Shown: positions 19,624 through 30,831 of the stretch, piece after piece
Layout: each line of letters opens with the position of its first letter
Numbering within the stretch: position 1 is the first letter of the stretch
NCBI GenBank assembly: GCA_963850305.1
Contig: CAWKKR010000007.1
Location: 288,001 to 352,000, forward strand
Length of the DNA stretch: 64,000 nucleotides
Reading direction: 5' to 3'
DNA from: an uncultured delta proteobacterium
GTDB lineage: Bacteria > Myxococcota_A > Polyangia > Polyangiales > Polyangiaceae
Program-made: the position numbers and the translations under genes
The notes under the pieces: model-generated
Told to the model about the DNA's origin: nothing
Database searches by the model: none
The model's input: only the letters and a program-made list of their open reading frames with translations

Positions 19624-19821
19624 GGCTCCCTCTGCTGAGGCGCGTAGTACGCCAGAATGAATCCCGTACAAGTCATTGAACCCGGGAGACGAGCGACCCG
19701 ACAATTGAGCTACGCCCGGAAATTCTCACCGGGAAGCCTGAAGTCGGCGCAAGTCCCCCACCTAGCGATGCTAGGGGTTCATGCTCGGCGATCAGACTCA
19801 CGTCTCGTGCGGTAAGGAGCC
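19624..19821 (+). ncRNA. ssrS: 6S RNA
   Basis: About 198 nt rod. Outer pairings: GGCTCC/GGAGCC, TGAGGCGCG/CACGTCTCG, CGCC/GGCG, ATGAATCCC/GGGGTTCAT. Central bubble GTACAAGTCATTGAA faces hairpin CCTAGC-GAT-GCTAGG. Inner stems CCGAC/GTCGG and CCCGG/CCGGG. GGGAAGCCTGAAG and CCCACC resemble deltaproteobacterial 6S RNAs as recalled. Confidence 0.82.
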
Positions 19822-19969
19822 GCTAACTCGTCAGAAAAAAGGGTGCGGTCGGGGAAAGGTTGGGGGGTGCCTCGCGGCGCGCCGGGGCTTCCGCTCGCGG
19901 CCCTCGTCGGCTAGGGTGCCGTCCTGATGGGCGAGTCTGCGAAAACGTTCAGGCTTTCGGTCGTGACAC

Positions 19970-20710
19970 GTGGGCGATGGCGCGAGATGGGCAATGGCAG
20001 GCGAGGCGTGCGCGTGGATGCTTGGGCTTCGGCGGCCGCCGCACTTCGGCTGCGGAGTGAAAGGGACCGTCGTTGGTTATCAGCACCTCTTGAACCCGGT
20101 CTGGGAAGAGGCGAAAGACCCCGAGCGGCACGAGTTTTCGTTCCGCGAGCCCGACCCGACGGTTCGTGCCGATTTCCGGCGGTTCTTCCCGTTCATCCCC
20201 AAGGAACTCTGCATTGCGGCGCTCGTCGGCGGAGAAGCAGCCTCCCCAGAAGCCGATTCTGATCCGCGTCGGCGGGGGGCGCACGACGCCCGGTGACGAT
20301 CGTCGTCACTCCGGGCACGGAGCTGCAGTTCCAGAACACCGACCCGTTCGCGCACCGGCTCTATCGCGGTCGGCATCGGCGACCTTCAGCGCTTCGGACA
20401 CCGTCAAGGGTGGCGTTCGAGCGTGGACGGTGCCGGGACCGGGCACGTTCGAGATCCGCGACGAGGCCGCGCCGAGCCTGCGCATGTGGGTCATCGGAGA
20501 GCCGAACCTGGCGGCGGTCGCGTATCCGTCGATCGAAAGGCGAGTTCGCGCTGTCGATCCCGGCGCCGGGTGAGTACCGGGTGCAGGCCTACTTCGCCGG
20601 GAAGAAGGCCGGGCCCGGAGGTGCCGGTGACCGTGGCGGAGAAGGACCTGGATCTGGCGAAACAGCCGCTCAAGGTCGCCGACGAACCCAAGGGCGACAA
20701 GGACAACTGA
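19970..20710 (+). CDS. Exported beta-sandwich (cupredoxin/carboxypeptidase-regulatory-like) protein; several frameshifts
   Basis: Joining frames gives VKGTVVGYQHLLNPVWEEAK...TPGTELQFQNTDPFAHRLY...GTFEIRDEAAPSLRMWV...PGEYRVQAYFAGKK...KGDKDN*; start uncertain. Confidence 0.6.
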
Positions 20711-20723
20711 GGACGGACATCCG

Positions 20724-22399
20724 ATGCTCCTTTCCCGCTTCTGGTACGTGCTCCTCGGTCTGGTCGTAGGCGCGCTCGTGTTCGTCCTCTATCTGGCGAC
20801 GAGCATGTACGACCGCCATCGGAGCCAAGGCGATGGCCGAGGGGCTCTCGGCGGATAGCCAGGTCGTTTCGTGGTACCTCAAGAACGACGCGCGCGAACG
20901 CGCGGCGCAGCTCATCAAGTTCGCGACGGACGGCAACATCGCGAAGGGTCTCGCGGACGCGAGCGCCACGGAAGGCAAGCTGTCCGACAAGGTGCGAGCG
21001 ACCGTCCAGCAGGGACTGGACAAGGTCGCTGCGAGCAATCCCGGCACGATCAGGGATTCGACGCCATCTTCGCAGTCGACCAGTACGGGCGTGTGGTCGC
21101 GCACACGGGCTACGAGCAGGCGAACGGGATGGAGGACTTCGAGCTCGGCGGCTATCCCGTCGTGGCGGACGCGCTCCACGGCTTCATTCGTGACGACACG
21201 CTGGTCCTCGACCGCGTGTACCGGGTCGTTGCCCGACCAATTCAGTACGATCTCGGGCAGCTGCCGGCAGGGGCCGATCATCGGCGCGCGCATCATCGAC
21301 GATCGATTCGCCCGTGAGCTCTCGACTCGAACGGGCGCGGCAGTAGCCTTCTACGCGGGGGGCGAGCGTGTCGCGTCGGGGGCGCCCGAGGGTTTCGATC
21401 GCAGTCAGCTCGACATGATCGTGAACGACATCAAGGATGTCGAGAACGACGCGGACTACAAGTCGAAGGGCCGGAGCGAAGTCCGCACCATCGCGAAGAC
21501 ACTCGGGGTCGAGTACAGCCGTCTGCCGGGCGAGGCGTGGGTCCTCGGAGCGGGCTTCGTGGTCGGGCGGAACACTGCCGCGTTCGACAACCCGTTCGGC
21601 TTTTTCGGGGCGGCCGACGACAAGGACAAGTCCGGGGTCCCCATTCTGATCGTGGTGCTTGCCGCGCTCGTGGCCATGGGCGTGGGCCTCGCATTTTCGT
21701 TCGTCGAACATACGCGACCGTTGAACGTGTTCCGAGACGAAGCGCGGCGGCTCGCGAAGGGCCAGACCGACCAGCTCCAGCCGTCCAAGTTCCGCGGCGT
21801 GTACCGGACGATCGCATCCGACGTGAACGACGGGATCGACGTTGCAGCAGGCAAGGCCGGTGGCACGCGCCGGGCCGCGGATCTATCGCAAGTGCTCGGC
21901 GATCTGCCGTCCGAGCCACAGATGAGTGCGTTCAGCTTTGCGGCGGGCGCCGAGGCTCCCGCGGCGCCGAAACCCAGACCACCGGCGCCGAAGTCGAGCC
22001 CGTCGCACCCGGGTGCGGGGAGTCCGCGTCCACCGGCACCGCAGCCGGCGGATGAAGTGGTCACGTCGGCTCCGGACATCACGGCGCCCGCGGTGCCGAA
22101 GCGGCTCCCTGCGGCACCGCCTCGCGCGGCGTTCGCAGCCGCAAGCCGCGCCCGCGCCGGTTTCGGCTTCGGCGGGAGACGCGCCGAACCCCGAATGGGT
22201 ACAGGTCTTCGAAGACTTCGCCGCGGAGAAGGGGCGCTGCGGCGAGTCGCTCGAGGGTTTCACCTTCGACAAATTCCAGAACACGCTGAAGAAGCACCGC
22301 GACGCGATCATCGAGCGTCACGGCGTGAAGCGGGTGAAGTTCAGCGTGTACGTGAAGGACGGCAAGGCTGCGCTCAAGGCGAGCCCGATCCGCGAGTGA
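20724..22399 (+). CDS. MXAN_5187-family membrane protein; several frameshifts
   Basis: N-terminal TM MLLSRFWYVLLGLVVGALVF, periplasmic domain, second TM, Pro-rich linker, C-terminal EWVQVFEDF...CGESLEGFTFDKFQNTLKK...VKFSVYVKDGKAALKASP. Confidence 0.8.
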
Positions 22400-22459
22400 A
22401 GCGCGCGTCGAGCCGTGCTTGGGTGTGCACGGGCGCGCCGAGGTGGTAAAAGCGGCCGC

Positions 22460-23423
<964 letters not shown>

Positions 23424-23435
23424 TATCGCGCGCGA

Positions 23436-24269
23436 CTACCCTTTACCCTTCGCCGTTCGTCCCATGTGCCGGAGCACCTCTTGCAGATCGTTCCAGACGT
23501 CGCGCTTGGCGGCGGGAGTCCGGAGCAGGTACGCAGGGTGGAACGTGGGCATGACGGCGATCTTGCCCTGATAGAGCCGCCAGTTTCCGCGTAGGCGGGT
23601 GATGCCGCCGCCGATACCCAGCAGCCCTTCCACGGCGGTCGCACCCAGCGCGACGATGACGCTCGGCCGGACGAGCTCGAGCTGTTCGGCAAGATACGGG
23701 CGACACGCGGCGCCTTCGCTCGGCTCGGGCTTGCGATTGTTCGGCGGCCGGCACTTCACGATGTTGCACACGTAGACCTCGTCTCGGTCGAAGCCCATGG
23801 CTTCGATCATGCGATCGAGGAGTTGTCCTGCTTTGCCGACGAATGGAAGGCCCTGCGCATCCTCGTCCGCTCCCGGCCCCTCTCCGACGAAGCAGAGCCC
23901 GCTCGAGCCCGTGCCGCGGGCGAACACGGCGTGCGTCCTGCCGGCGTGAAGGCTGCATTTCACGCACCCCGCGACCTCGTTGGCGAGCACCGCGAGCCGT
24001 CGCGCCCCGTCTCGGGTCGGTCCGACCTCCAGGTCCGAGATCGCCGGCGCTGGCTCCGTCCCAGGTTCGTCGTGCGGGACCTGCGCCGCGCGCGCCGGGG
24101 ATGCGACCGCGGACTCTTCCCGGCTCCTCCGGCTTTCGATGAGGTCCGCCGTTGCCTCTTCGAGGCCCGTCGCCCCGGTCGCGGCGCACATCTCCGCGTG
24201 AGCACGCAACGCTTCGACGAGAATAGCCAGCTCTTCGCGCGGATCCGACGCGGGCACGGGGTCACTCAT
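23436..24269 (-). CDS. Uracil-DNA glycosylase family 4 (Fe-S)
   Basis: CVKCSL, FVGEGPGADED, PFVGKAGQLL, NIVKCRPPNNRKP, PTFHPAYLLR. Confidence 0.95.
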   Translation of the reverse strand: MSDPVPASDPREELAILVEALRAHAEMCAATGATGLEEATADLIESRRSREESAVASPARAAQVPHDEPGTEPAPAISDLEVGPTRDGARRLAVLANEVAGCVKCSLHAGRTHAVFARGTGSSGLCFVGEGPGADEDAQGLPFVGKAGQLLDRMIEAMGFDRDEVYVCNIVKCRPPNNRKPEPSEGAACRPYLAEQLELVRPSVIVALGATAVEGLLGIGGGITRLRGNWRLYQGKIAVMPTFHPAYLLRTPAAKRDVWNDLQEVLRHMGRTAKGKG

Positions 24270-24289
24270 ACCATCCATCCGATCCTCGA

Positions 24290-26101
24290 TCAGAGGTACA
24301 TGCGGTCGATGAGCGTGGCGTAGTGTTCGCCCACGTACCTGCGGCGGACTTTGCGGGTATCCGTGAGCTCTCCGGATTCGACGGCGAGTTCGTGGTCGAG
24401 CACGGTGAATCGCTTGATCGTCTCGAAGGTCGATAGCCGCTGGTTCACTGCATCGACGTCGAGCTGGATGAGCGCGAGGAGTTCGGGGTCCTTGGCTAGG
24501 CTCGCCACGTCGTCGGGACGTTTACGTTCGCGCGCCCACCGCGCGCACGTCGGTACGTCCACGGTGATGAGCGCCACGAGGAACGGTCTCCGATCCCCGA
24601 AGACCACGGCGTGGCCGATGAAGGGCGACCCCGCGAGCATCCCTTCGATGCGCTGGGGGGCGACGTTGGAGCCACCTGCGGTCACGATGACGTCCTTCTT
24701 CCGATCGACGATGGTGAGAAAGCCTTGCCCGTCGACGCGCCCGATGTCGCCCGTGCGGAACCATCCATCATCGTCTGTCGCGCTCTTCGTCGCGCCATCG
24801 TCGCCGAAGTACCCCGCCATGGCCCCGGGGCTGCGAAGGAGGACCTCGCCGTCGGCGGCGGTTTTTGCTTCCACGCCCGTCAATGGCTTGCCGACCGTGC
24901 CGAAGCGAAAGTCATTCTGGCGATTCACGTGCGACGCTCCCGACACTTCCGTCAGACCGTAACCCTCGAGGAGCAGGATGCCGCAAGCATGGAACCACTC
25001 GGCGAGATCGCGAGCCAGTGGAGCGCCGCCGCTGATCGCGAACCGGAGTCGCTTGCCGAACGCTCGCCTCACACGGCGAAGGACGAGCCTGTCCGCATAG
25101 CGGGCGCGTGCGGACATGATGGCGCCGACCGGCGCGCCCTGTCGCCTGGCGCGCGAGGCCTGTGTACCTACCCCGACGGCCCAGGACCAGAGTGCCGCCT
25201 TGAGTGGACCCTCCGCGCCGGCGCTGTCGTTCGCCACGGCGCGCACCTTCTCGAAGAAGCGCGGCACGGCGGCGAAGAACGTCGGCTCGGTCTCGCCGAG
25301 GTCCGCAATCAGGCGCTCGGGCCCCGAAGAAAACGCGAGCCTCGATCCCGACGCAATCTGAGCGAGGACGAGCGTCCGCCCCAGGATGTGGGCGAGCGGA
25401 AGCATCAGGTATTGTTCGTCGTCAGGTCCGATGCGCATGGCTTCCCGGAGCGCGCGCGTCTCCGCGCCGAGTGCGCCGTGCGAGAGCATGGTCCCCCGCG
25501 GCCGTCCCGTGGTCCCCGACGTGTAGACGATGGTAGCGAGATCGGTCGGGCCGACGTCGCGCGCCCGCGCGGTCACGCGCGCCTCGTATTCCGGCGTCAG
25601 CAGTCTGCGGCCCTCGCGGACGCAGTCGACGAATGACGTCACCCGCAGCGGCGAATCCACGGCGGCGTTCTCTTCGAAGACGATGATCTCCGTGAGCGAC
25701 GCGAGGCGGCTCGCGACGTCAAGAACGACGGCGACCTGGGCGGCGCCCTCGACGACGGCGATCCGAGCTCCGCTGTTGCCGAGGATCCACGCGACCTGTT
25801 CCGCTGTAGCAGTCGGGTAGATGGGTACGGTGACGGCCCCGGCGGCGAGGATCCCGAAGTCCGCCGTGATCCACTCTTCGCGCGACGCCGCGAACAGCGC
25901 GACCCGCTCACCCTTGGCGATGCCGCGCTCGAGCAGCGTGGCCGCGACGGCCGTCGCGGCACCGTGGACGTCGGTCCAGCTCGACCATTGCCACGCACCA
26001 CGCCGACGTGTCCGTGTCGCGACGTGGTTCGGGTGCTCGAGCCCACGCGCGGCCAGCAGGTGGAAGAGGTTTGCGCCTTCTTCCGCCCTGCGGTCCGTCA
26101 C
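24290..26101 (-). CDS. AMP-dependent long-chain fatty acid-CoA ligase
   Basis: YTSGTTGRPRG, EGYGLTE, FRTGDIG, DRKKDVIVTAGGSNVAPQRIE; GTG start overlaps the upstream stop. Confidence 0.93.
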   Translation of the reverse strand: MTDRRAEEGANLFHLLAARGLEHPNHVATRTRRRGAWQWSSWTDVHGAATAVAATLLERGIAKGERVALFAASREEWITADFGILAAGAVTVPIYPTATAEQVAWILGNSGARIAVVEGAAQVAVVLDVASRLASLTEIIVFEENAAVDSPLRVTSFVDCVREGRRLLTPEYEARVTARARDVGPTDLATIVYTSGTTGRPRGTMLSHGALGAETRALREAMRIGPDDEQYLMLPLAHILGRTLVLAQIASGSRLAFSSGPERLIADLGETEPTFFAAVPRFFEKVRAVANDSAGAEGPLKAALWSWAVGVGTQASRARRQGAPVGAIMSARARYADRLVLRRVRRAFGKRLRFAISGGAPLARDLAEWFHACGILLLEGYGLTEVSGASHVNRQNDFRFGTVGKPLTGVEAKTAADGEVLLRSPGAMAGYFGDDGATKSATDDDGWFRTGDIGRVDGQGFLTIVDRKKDVIVTAGGSNVAPQRIEGMLAGSPFIGHAVVFGDRRPFLVALITVDVPTCARWARERKRPDDVASLAKDPELLALIQLDVDAVNQRLSTFETIKRFTVLDHELAVESGELTDTRKVRRRYVGEHYATLIDRMYL

Positions 26102-27849
26102 AGCGCCAGTTCGTAGCCGAGCGAAGGTTCGATGACGAGCCCGCTCGACGGGAGCATGTAGTCGAAGTTCAGATTCAGCACGACGCCGTGGTTCGGCGCG
26201 ACGGCGTACATGACGCCGCCGCCGCCACCCACGAAGGACTGGCCGAGTTTCCGGTAAGCGTCGAGACTGGTCTCCTTGCTAGGCGTGTTGACGGTCTGCG
26301 CGTCTGCGACACGCACGGTGAGCCGTGCATCCACTTGAGCGATCCCGCCACCGAGAAACACGTACGGGCGGATCCCCTTCCTCGAGAAGAGGTCGTGACC
26401 GAACCAATACTTGGCTCTCGCTTCCACGTGAATCGGTAGGAACGCCGTCCCGTTCGCCGACTTCGGGCCGCCGTTGAACGCGAACCCGACCCGGCCCTCG
26501 AGCCCGATGTTGCGCGTTATCAGGCGCTCGTAAGACGCGAGGACCCGGAACGTAGCGGGCGCGAGGCCGCCGTTGAGATTGCCGCCGGCACCAGGGAATG
26601 GCGTATTCGGGTAGGGTACGCCGCCAGCGTAATAGCAGTTGAAGTTGGTGCCGGGGTCGCAGACGTCCTTGCCGCTCAGGGAGGCGAAGTCAGCGGCGAA
26701 ATGCAGGCCGATGAGGTTCTTCTTGTAGTGCCCCGACGGCGTGCTGCTCCCACTGTCCTCGTCCCCGACGTCGCAGGTGCCACCCTTGCAGACGGACCCC
26801 GACGGACAGTCGCTCGTGACGTCGCAGCGCGGCGCGGTTTCGCACGTTCGCCCCGAGTCCCCTTGCTGGCAGAGAAGACCCGTATCGCACTCCTGGGATG
26901 TGTCGCACGGTGCGCCCCAGCCCTTGTCGCCGCGCGCCTTGGGGCCACCGCCCGTCGGACACGCCGGGGTCCCGATCATTTCCTCGGGGCACTCGCTTGC
27001 GGCCATGCACTTCTGCGGTGCAGGTTGCCCCGGGTACGCCGGGGGCGGCTCGGTCGTGCTCGTGACGACGTTGATCTCGGCCGGCGTCTTCTTGTTGCCG
27101 TGGCTGTCGAGCTGTTCGCCGTCCTTGTCCTTCGCTTCGACGTACCACTTGATTGCACCGGTGACCCCCGTGTCGGAGCAAGGGATCGCGCCCTGCCAGT
27201 ACTCCGCCTTCTGGGTCATCTGGACTTGCTGCCACTGGTCTCCGCCGAAGACCATGTAGCGGAGGACGACCTTGACCGCGGGTTCGTCCGTGGTGCATGC
27301 GACGGGGATCTGTCGCTGCATCTCGACCTCGGTGACGGTCGGAGTGCACTCCATGTTCCCGGGGAGAGTCGGACCCGGCGCGGCTGGCGCGGCCGTCGTC
27401 GTGGTCGTCGTGGTCGTCGTCGTGCCCGTGCCGGTGTCTGGAGTCGTCGGAGCGACCGTCTGCCCGAGCGCCGCCGCCGCGTTGCTGAACGCTTGCCGGA
27501 CCTGCGGCGTCGCGAGCGCATCGTCGAGCTTCACCGTGGGGTCGAGCGCCATCGCCTGCTGGAACGCACCCTGGGCCCCGGCGATATCCTGTTTGCCGCT
27601 CCCCTTGACGATGCCGATGTACATCCACGCCCGAGCCTTGACGCCGGGGCTACACCGGTCCTCGCAAGCATCGATCACTCCCTTCAGGAGAGCTTCGGCC
27701 TTGTCGAACTCCGTCGCGAGGTAATGAGTGTTGATCGCTTCGTCGATCTTCTGCGTCGCGGCGGCATCCCGCGGCGCGGCGTGAGCGTTACCCGCTCCGG
27801 ATACGCAGAGGACCAGGAACAGAAAGAAAAATGCGAGTCGACGATGCAC
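26098..27849 (-). CDS. Exported multidomain protein (TPR-like N-terminus, poly-Thr linker, Cys-rich region, C-terminal beta-barrel-like region)
   Basis: Signal peptide, helical N-terminus, TTTTTTTTT linker, many paired Cys, amphipathic strands ending PSLGYELAL. Confidence 0.8.
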   Translation of the reverse strand: MHRRLAFFFLFLVLCVSGAGNAHAAPRDAAATQKIDEAINTHYLATEFDKAEALLKGVIDACEDRCSPGVKARAWMYIGIVKGSGKQDIAGAQGAFQQAMALDPTVKLDDALATPQVRQAFSNAAAALGQTVAPTTPDTGTGTTTTTTTTTTAAPAAPGPTLPGNMECTPTVTEVEMQRQIPVACTTDEPAVKVVLRYMVFGGDQWQQVQMTQKAEYWQGAIPCSDTGVTGAIKWYVEAKDKDGEQLDSHGNKKTPAEINVVTSTTEPPPAYPGQPAPQKCMAASECPEEMIGTPACPTGGGPKARGDKGWGAPCDTSQECDTGLLCQQGDSGRTCETAPRCDVTSDCPSGSVCKGGTCDVGDEDSGSSTPSGHYKKNLIGLHFAADFASLSGKDVCDPGTNFNCYYAGGVPYPNTPFPGAGGNLNGGLAPATFRVLASYERLITRNIGLEGRVGFAFNGGPKSANGTAFLPIHVEARAKYWFGHDLFSRKGIRPYVFLGGGIAQVDARLTVRVADAQTVNTPSKETSLDAYRKLGQSFVGGGGGVMYAVAPNHGVVLNLNFDYMLPSSGLVIEPSLGYELAL

Positions 27850-27936
27850 GTGCGTTCTCCGATGGGATGACTTTGCGGGAGGGGAACCTCCGCACAGCCC
27901 GGTCGCGCGCGGAGTCTACGGGATTTTTCCCCGAGA

Positions 27937-29067
27937 TCATTTGGAAGTTGAGGGGCAGCCTTCCTTGGCGCCCTCCGTGCGGACGAACTGCACGCGGCGG
28001 TTCAAGGCACGGTTCTGCTCGCTATCGTTGGGTACCAGGGGTCGGTCGAATCCGTAGCCGTGGGAGGTGAGGCGGCTCGGATCGACGCCGTGCGACACGA
28101 GGTATTCCTTCACTGACGCAGCGCGCTTTTCGCTCAAAGTCTTGTTGTAATTCGCGCTGCCCTTGTTGTCCGTGTGGCCCTGGACCTCGATATCGATGTT
28201 CGGCATCTTCACGAGGACGTCCACCACGGCGTCGAGCACCGGGAAGCTCTCGGGGCGAATCTTCGCCTTGTTGAACTCGAAGTGAATCTGCTGCGTGATC
28301 TTCACCTCGCAGTCCGTGACGATCACGAGCGCGGGCTTCGACGGGCAGCCGAGTGGCTCCTGCGTCGACGACCCGATGGTGTTCGGGCACTGGTCCTTGA
28401 GGTCCGGCACGCCGTCTCCGTCGTTGTCCGGATCCGGGCAGCCGTCTTCGTCCTGGAAGCCGTCGGGGTCCTCGGGGTCGTTCGGGCACTTGTCCACGGC
28501 ATCCGGAATCCCGTCCATGTCATTGTCGGGATCGGGGCAGCCGTCCTGGTCCAGATAGTTGTCGGTGTCCTCTGGCTCGAGCACGCAGGAGTCCACGGAG
28601 TCCGGGATCCCGTCGCCGTCCGTGTCCGGATCGTCGGGGCACCCGTCATCGTCCTTGTAGCCGTTGTAGTTCTCCGGCTCGTCCGGGCACTTGTCGTCCG
28701 GGTCGAGGAACCCATCCCCGTCGCGGTCGCCCGGCGCTGGCGGAGGTGGCGCCTCGACGAATTGGCGCTCGGCGCAGTACTGAGGGGGTGACAGGAAATT
28801 CGCCGCGTCCGCGTTCGGTGTCGCGATCGCGACGTGTTCCTTGGCGCGGATGAGCGACCCTTGTTCCATCTCGATCTTCGCGAACTCGAGATTGCTCTTC
28901 GCGATGGCGAGCTCGCGCGGCGCGCACCGGATGGCGCCGTTACGCTCGGCCTGGGCCGTGATCTTCTCGAGCCCCTCGATCTGCCCGCGGACGACCGGCG
29001 CCTCCGCACAGCCGTGGGTCAGCACGAACACCAGCGGAGCGAACACGAGCCGTCCCTGGATTCTCAT
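27937..29067 (-). CDS. OmpA-family lipoprotein with thrombospondin type-3 (Ca-binding) repeats
   Basis: Lipobox THGC; repeated DxDxDGxxDxxDxCP; IHFEFNKA, VQGHTDNKG, NKTLSEKRAASV, NRALNRRVQF. Confidence 0.93.
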   Translation of the reverse strand: MRIQGRLVFAPLVFVLTHGCAEAPVVRGQIEGLEKITAQAERNGAIRCAPRELAIAKSNLEFAKIEMEQGSLIRAKEHVAIATPNADAANFLSPPQYCAERQFVEAPPPPAPGDRDGDGFLDPDDKCPDEPENYNGYKDDDGCPDDPDTDGDGIPDSVDSCVLEPEDTDNYLDQDGCPDPDNDMDGIPDAVDKCPNDPEDPDGFQDEDGCPDPDNDGDGVPDLKDQCPNTIGSSTQEPLGCPSKPALVIVTDCEVKITQQIHFEFNKAKIRPESFPVLDAVVDVLVKMPNIDIEVQGHTDNKGSANYNKTLSEKRAASVKEYLVSHGVDPSRLTSHGYGFDRPLVPNDSEQNRALNRRVQFVRTEGAKEGCPSTSK

Positions 29068-29402
29068 CGCCCCGCCCCGCGTTCGGCTTCTCGCGAGAGA
29101 CGAATCGCCTTGTCAGCGTACTCCTCGCTCGTCTCCGCGAGATTGATCGCGTCGCTGTAATCCGCTTCCGACGCTTCTTCCGAGGCTTTGTCGAGATGCT
29201 CTTTTGCGTAGTAATACTCGTACGGTGCGAGCTTCTCGGCGCCGAGCTCGTGCGCTTCCTCGACCTTGCTCGACGCGGAGCCTGCCTGGAACGCATAGAT
29301 GGCATTGCCGCAACCGGTGGTCGCGAGCCCCAGGGCCGCACCGACCCCCAGAAGCCACGGACGCCAGGAACGACGAAGGAACGGCGTGAGGAGCTCGAGC
29401 AT
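29064..29402 (-). CDS. DUF4398-like lipoprotein
   Basis: Lipobox TTGC; AEKLAPYEYYYAKEHLDKA helical motif; coupled to the OmpA gene. Confidence 0.8.
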   Translation of the reverse strand: MLELLTPFLRRSWRPWLLGVGAALGLATTGCGNAIYAFQAGSASSKVEEAHELGAEKLAPYEYYYAKEHLDKASEEASEADYSDAINLAETSEEYADKAIRLSREAERGAGR

Positions 29403-29419
29403 CGGATAACCGCCCGCTG

Positions 29420-29449
29420 ACGCTATCAACCCCCATACTTGGGCGTCAA
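29420..29449 (-). promoter_or_regulatory. Candidate sigma70 promoter for the lipoprotein-OmpA operon
   Basis: Minus strand TTGACG-N18-TAGCGT, just upstream of ATG 29402. Confidence 0.45.
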
Positions 29450-29485
29450 CAGCGGGCCCGGAAATGTGCGGGCTACCGCGGCGAG

Positions 29486-30127
29486 TCAGAGCCGCCGGAA
29501 GACGCCGACAACCACGCCCAGGAGCATGGTCGGTTTGAAATCCATCGCCCGCACGAGGATCGGAGCCATCTGGGCGTTCGCAGGCTGGAACCGGACGTAG
29601 TCCTTTTCCGGGTAGTAATACTTGACGGTGGCTTCATCCCCGATGAGGGCCACGACGATCTCCCCGCGATCGGCGGACGGCTGACGCCGGACGAAGATAT
29701 AGTCCCCGTTCAAGATCCCGGCCTCGACCATCGAATCACCGGTGACGCGCAGCCCGAACACCTCGCGACCGCCGCGGACCATCATCCGGTCGATGCGAAC
29801 CGTGTCGATGACGTTTTCTTCGGCGAGCAGCGGCAGGCCGGCCGCGACGCGACCGACCACCTGGATGTCGATCAGATTCTCGTCGCTCGGCTTCGCGGGC
29901 GCGGCGCGATCCGTCTGGTCGACGACGCGGAGCGCGCGGCTCTTCATGTCTTCCCGGCGCAAATAACCCTTTCGCTCGAGTGCCCGGAGGTGATCGTTGA
30001 CCCCGTTGGTCGAGCGGATACCCATGTACTCGCCGATCTCTCGAAGCGTGGGCGGGTAGCCCCGCTGTTCGATCGACTGCCGGATGTAATCCAGCGTTTG
30101 CTCTTGACGTTTCGTGAGACCCTGCAT
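29486..30127 (-). CDS. lexA: SOS repressor LexA
   Basis: LTKRQ...[10 protein letters not shown] wHTH, cleavage site [20 protein letters not shown]. Confidence 0.98.
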   Translation of the reverse strand: MQGLTKRQEQTLDYIRQSIEQRGYPPTLREIGEYMGIRSTNGVNDHLRALERKGYLRREDMKSRALRVVDQTDRAAPAKPSDENLIDIQVVGRVAAGLPLLAEENVIDTVRIDRMMVRGGREVFGLRVTGDSMVEAGILNGDYIFVRRQPSADRGEIVVALIGDEATVKYYYPEKDYVRFQPANAQMAPILVRAMDFKPTMLLGVVVGVFRRL

Positions 30128-30146
30128 GTTTGGTGGGCAAAGCCTA

Positions 30147-30162
30147 CTGAACGGGTGTTAGG
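30147..30162 (-). promoter_or_regulatory. Putative LexA (SOS) box in the lexA promoter
   Basis: Minus strand CCTAACACCCGTTCAG resembles the Myxococcus LexA consensus CTRHAMRYBYGTTCAGS. It lies in the spacer of TCGACT-N17-TAGGCT. Confidence 0.7.
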
Positions 30163-30263
30163 AAGTCGAAATTCGCTTGCTTCTCATGCTGCGGTCCGGC
30201 GCGGCTAGCGGTCCGTCACGGTGGCGGTCCGGCGGGGGCGGTGCTCCGTCACCGTCCGTTCTG

Positions 30264-30728
30264 TCAGAAACGGCCCGTGACGGACAGGAACGTCAGCTTG
30301 TCCGTCGTCTCTCGAAGCCGGCCGACGAGCATTCGCACCATGCTCCAGAGGACTTCATAAGCAAGATCCTTGTGCATGAAAAGCAGGTCGTCGAAGCCGT
30401 CCTTGGGGATTGCGAGCACGCGGCAACGCTCATGGACGCGCGCGTCGGCGGAGCGCGGGGACTCGTCCAGGAGCGCCATTTCCCCGAACACCTGTCCCGG
30501 GCCGAGTATGGCGAGGGCCTCTTCGCCCATGCCCGGCAACTCACGGCTGATGCGCACGCGGCCTTCGATGATCAGGTAAAGCTTATCCCCCGCGTCGCCA
30601 TGCGCGAAGATCTTGGTGCCGACGGCGTGGGTTTCTTCGGTCGTGACCTTGGATATGTAGCCGATGGCTTCGGGTTTGAGCCCGGCGAAGAGTTCGACTT
30701 TCTTCAGCAGGTCGAGGTAATCGGACAT
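30264..30728 (-). CDS. Stand-alone cyclic nucleotide-binding domain protein
   Basis: IFAHGDAGDKLYLIIEGRV, GQVFGEMALLDESPRSADA; no HTH. Confidence 0.92.
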   Translation of the reverse strand: MSDYLDLLKKVELFAGLKPEAIGYISKVTTEETHAVGTKIFAHGDAGDKLYLIIEGRVRISRELPGMGEEALAILGPGQVFGEMALLDESPRSADARVHERCRVLAIPKDGFDDLLFMHKDLAYEVLWSMVRMLVGRLRETTDKLTFLSVTGRF

Positions 30729-30831
30729 GGCCGCGCGGATACCGCCCGCCCTCTATATCAGAGGTCCGCGCTTCCGCCTGGTTTCCGGTGACGCACCGGC
30801 GGGACCTCGGCTGGTCCGCGCGCTCGGCGAA

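Noticed and set aside
23436..24269. Prophage signal from a 'phage SPO1 polymerase-related' protein
   Set aside because: This is the ordinary chromosomal family-4 uracil-DNA glycosylase; no phage, integrase or transposase genes are in the window.
27390..28740. DNA tandem repeats in the exported protein and OmpA genes
   Set aside because: They are explained by coding low-complexity sequence (poly-Thr linker and thrombospondin type-3 repeats).
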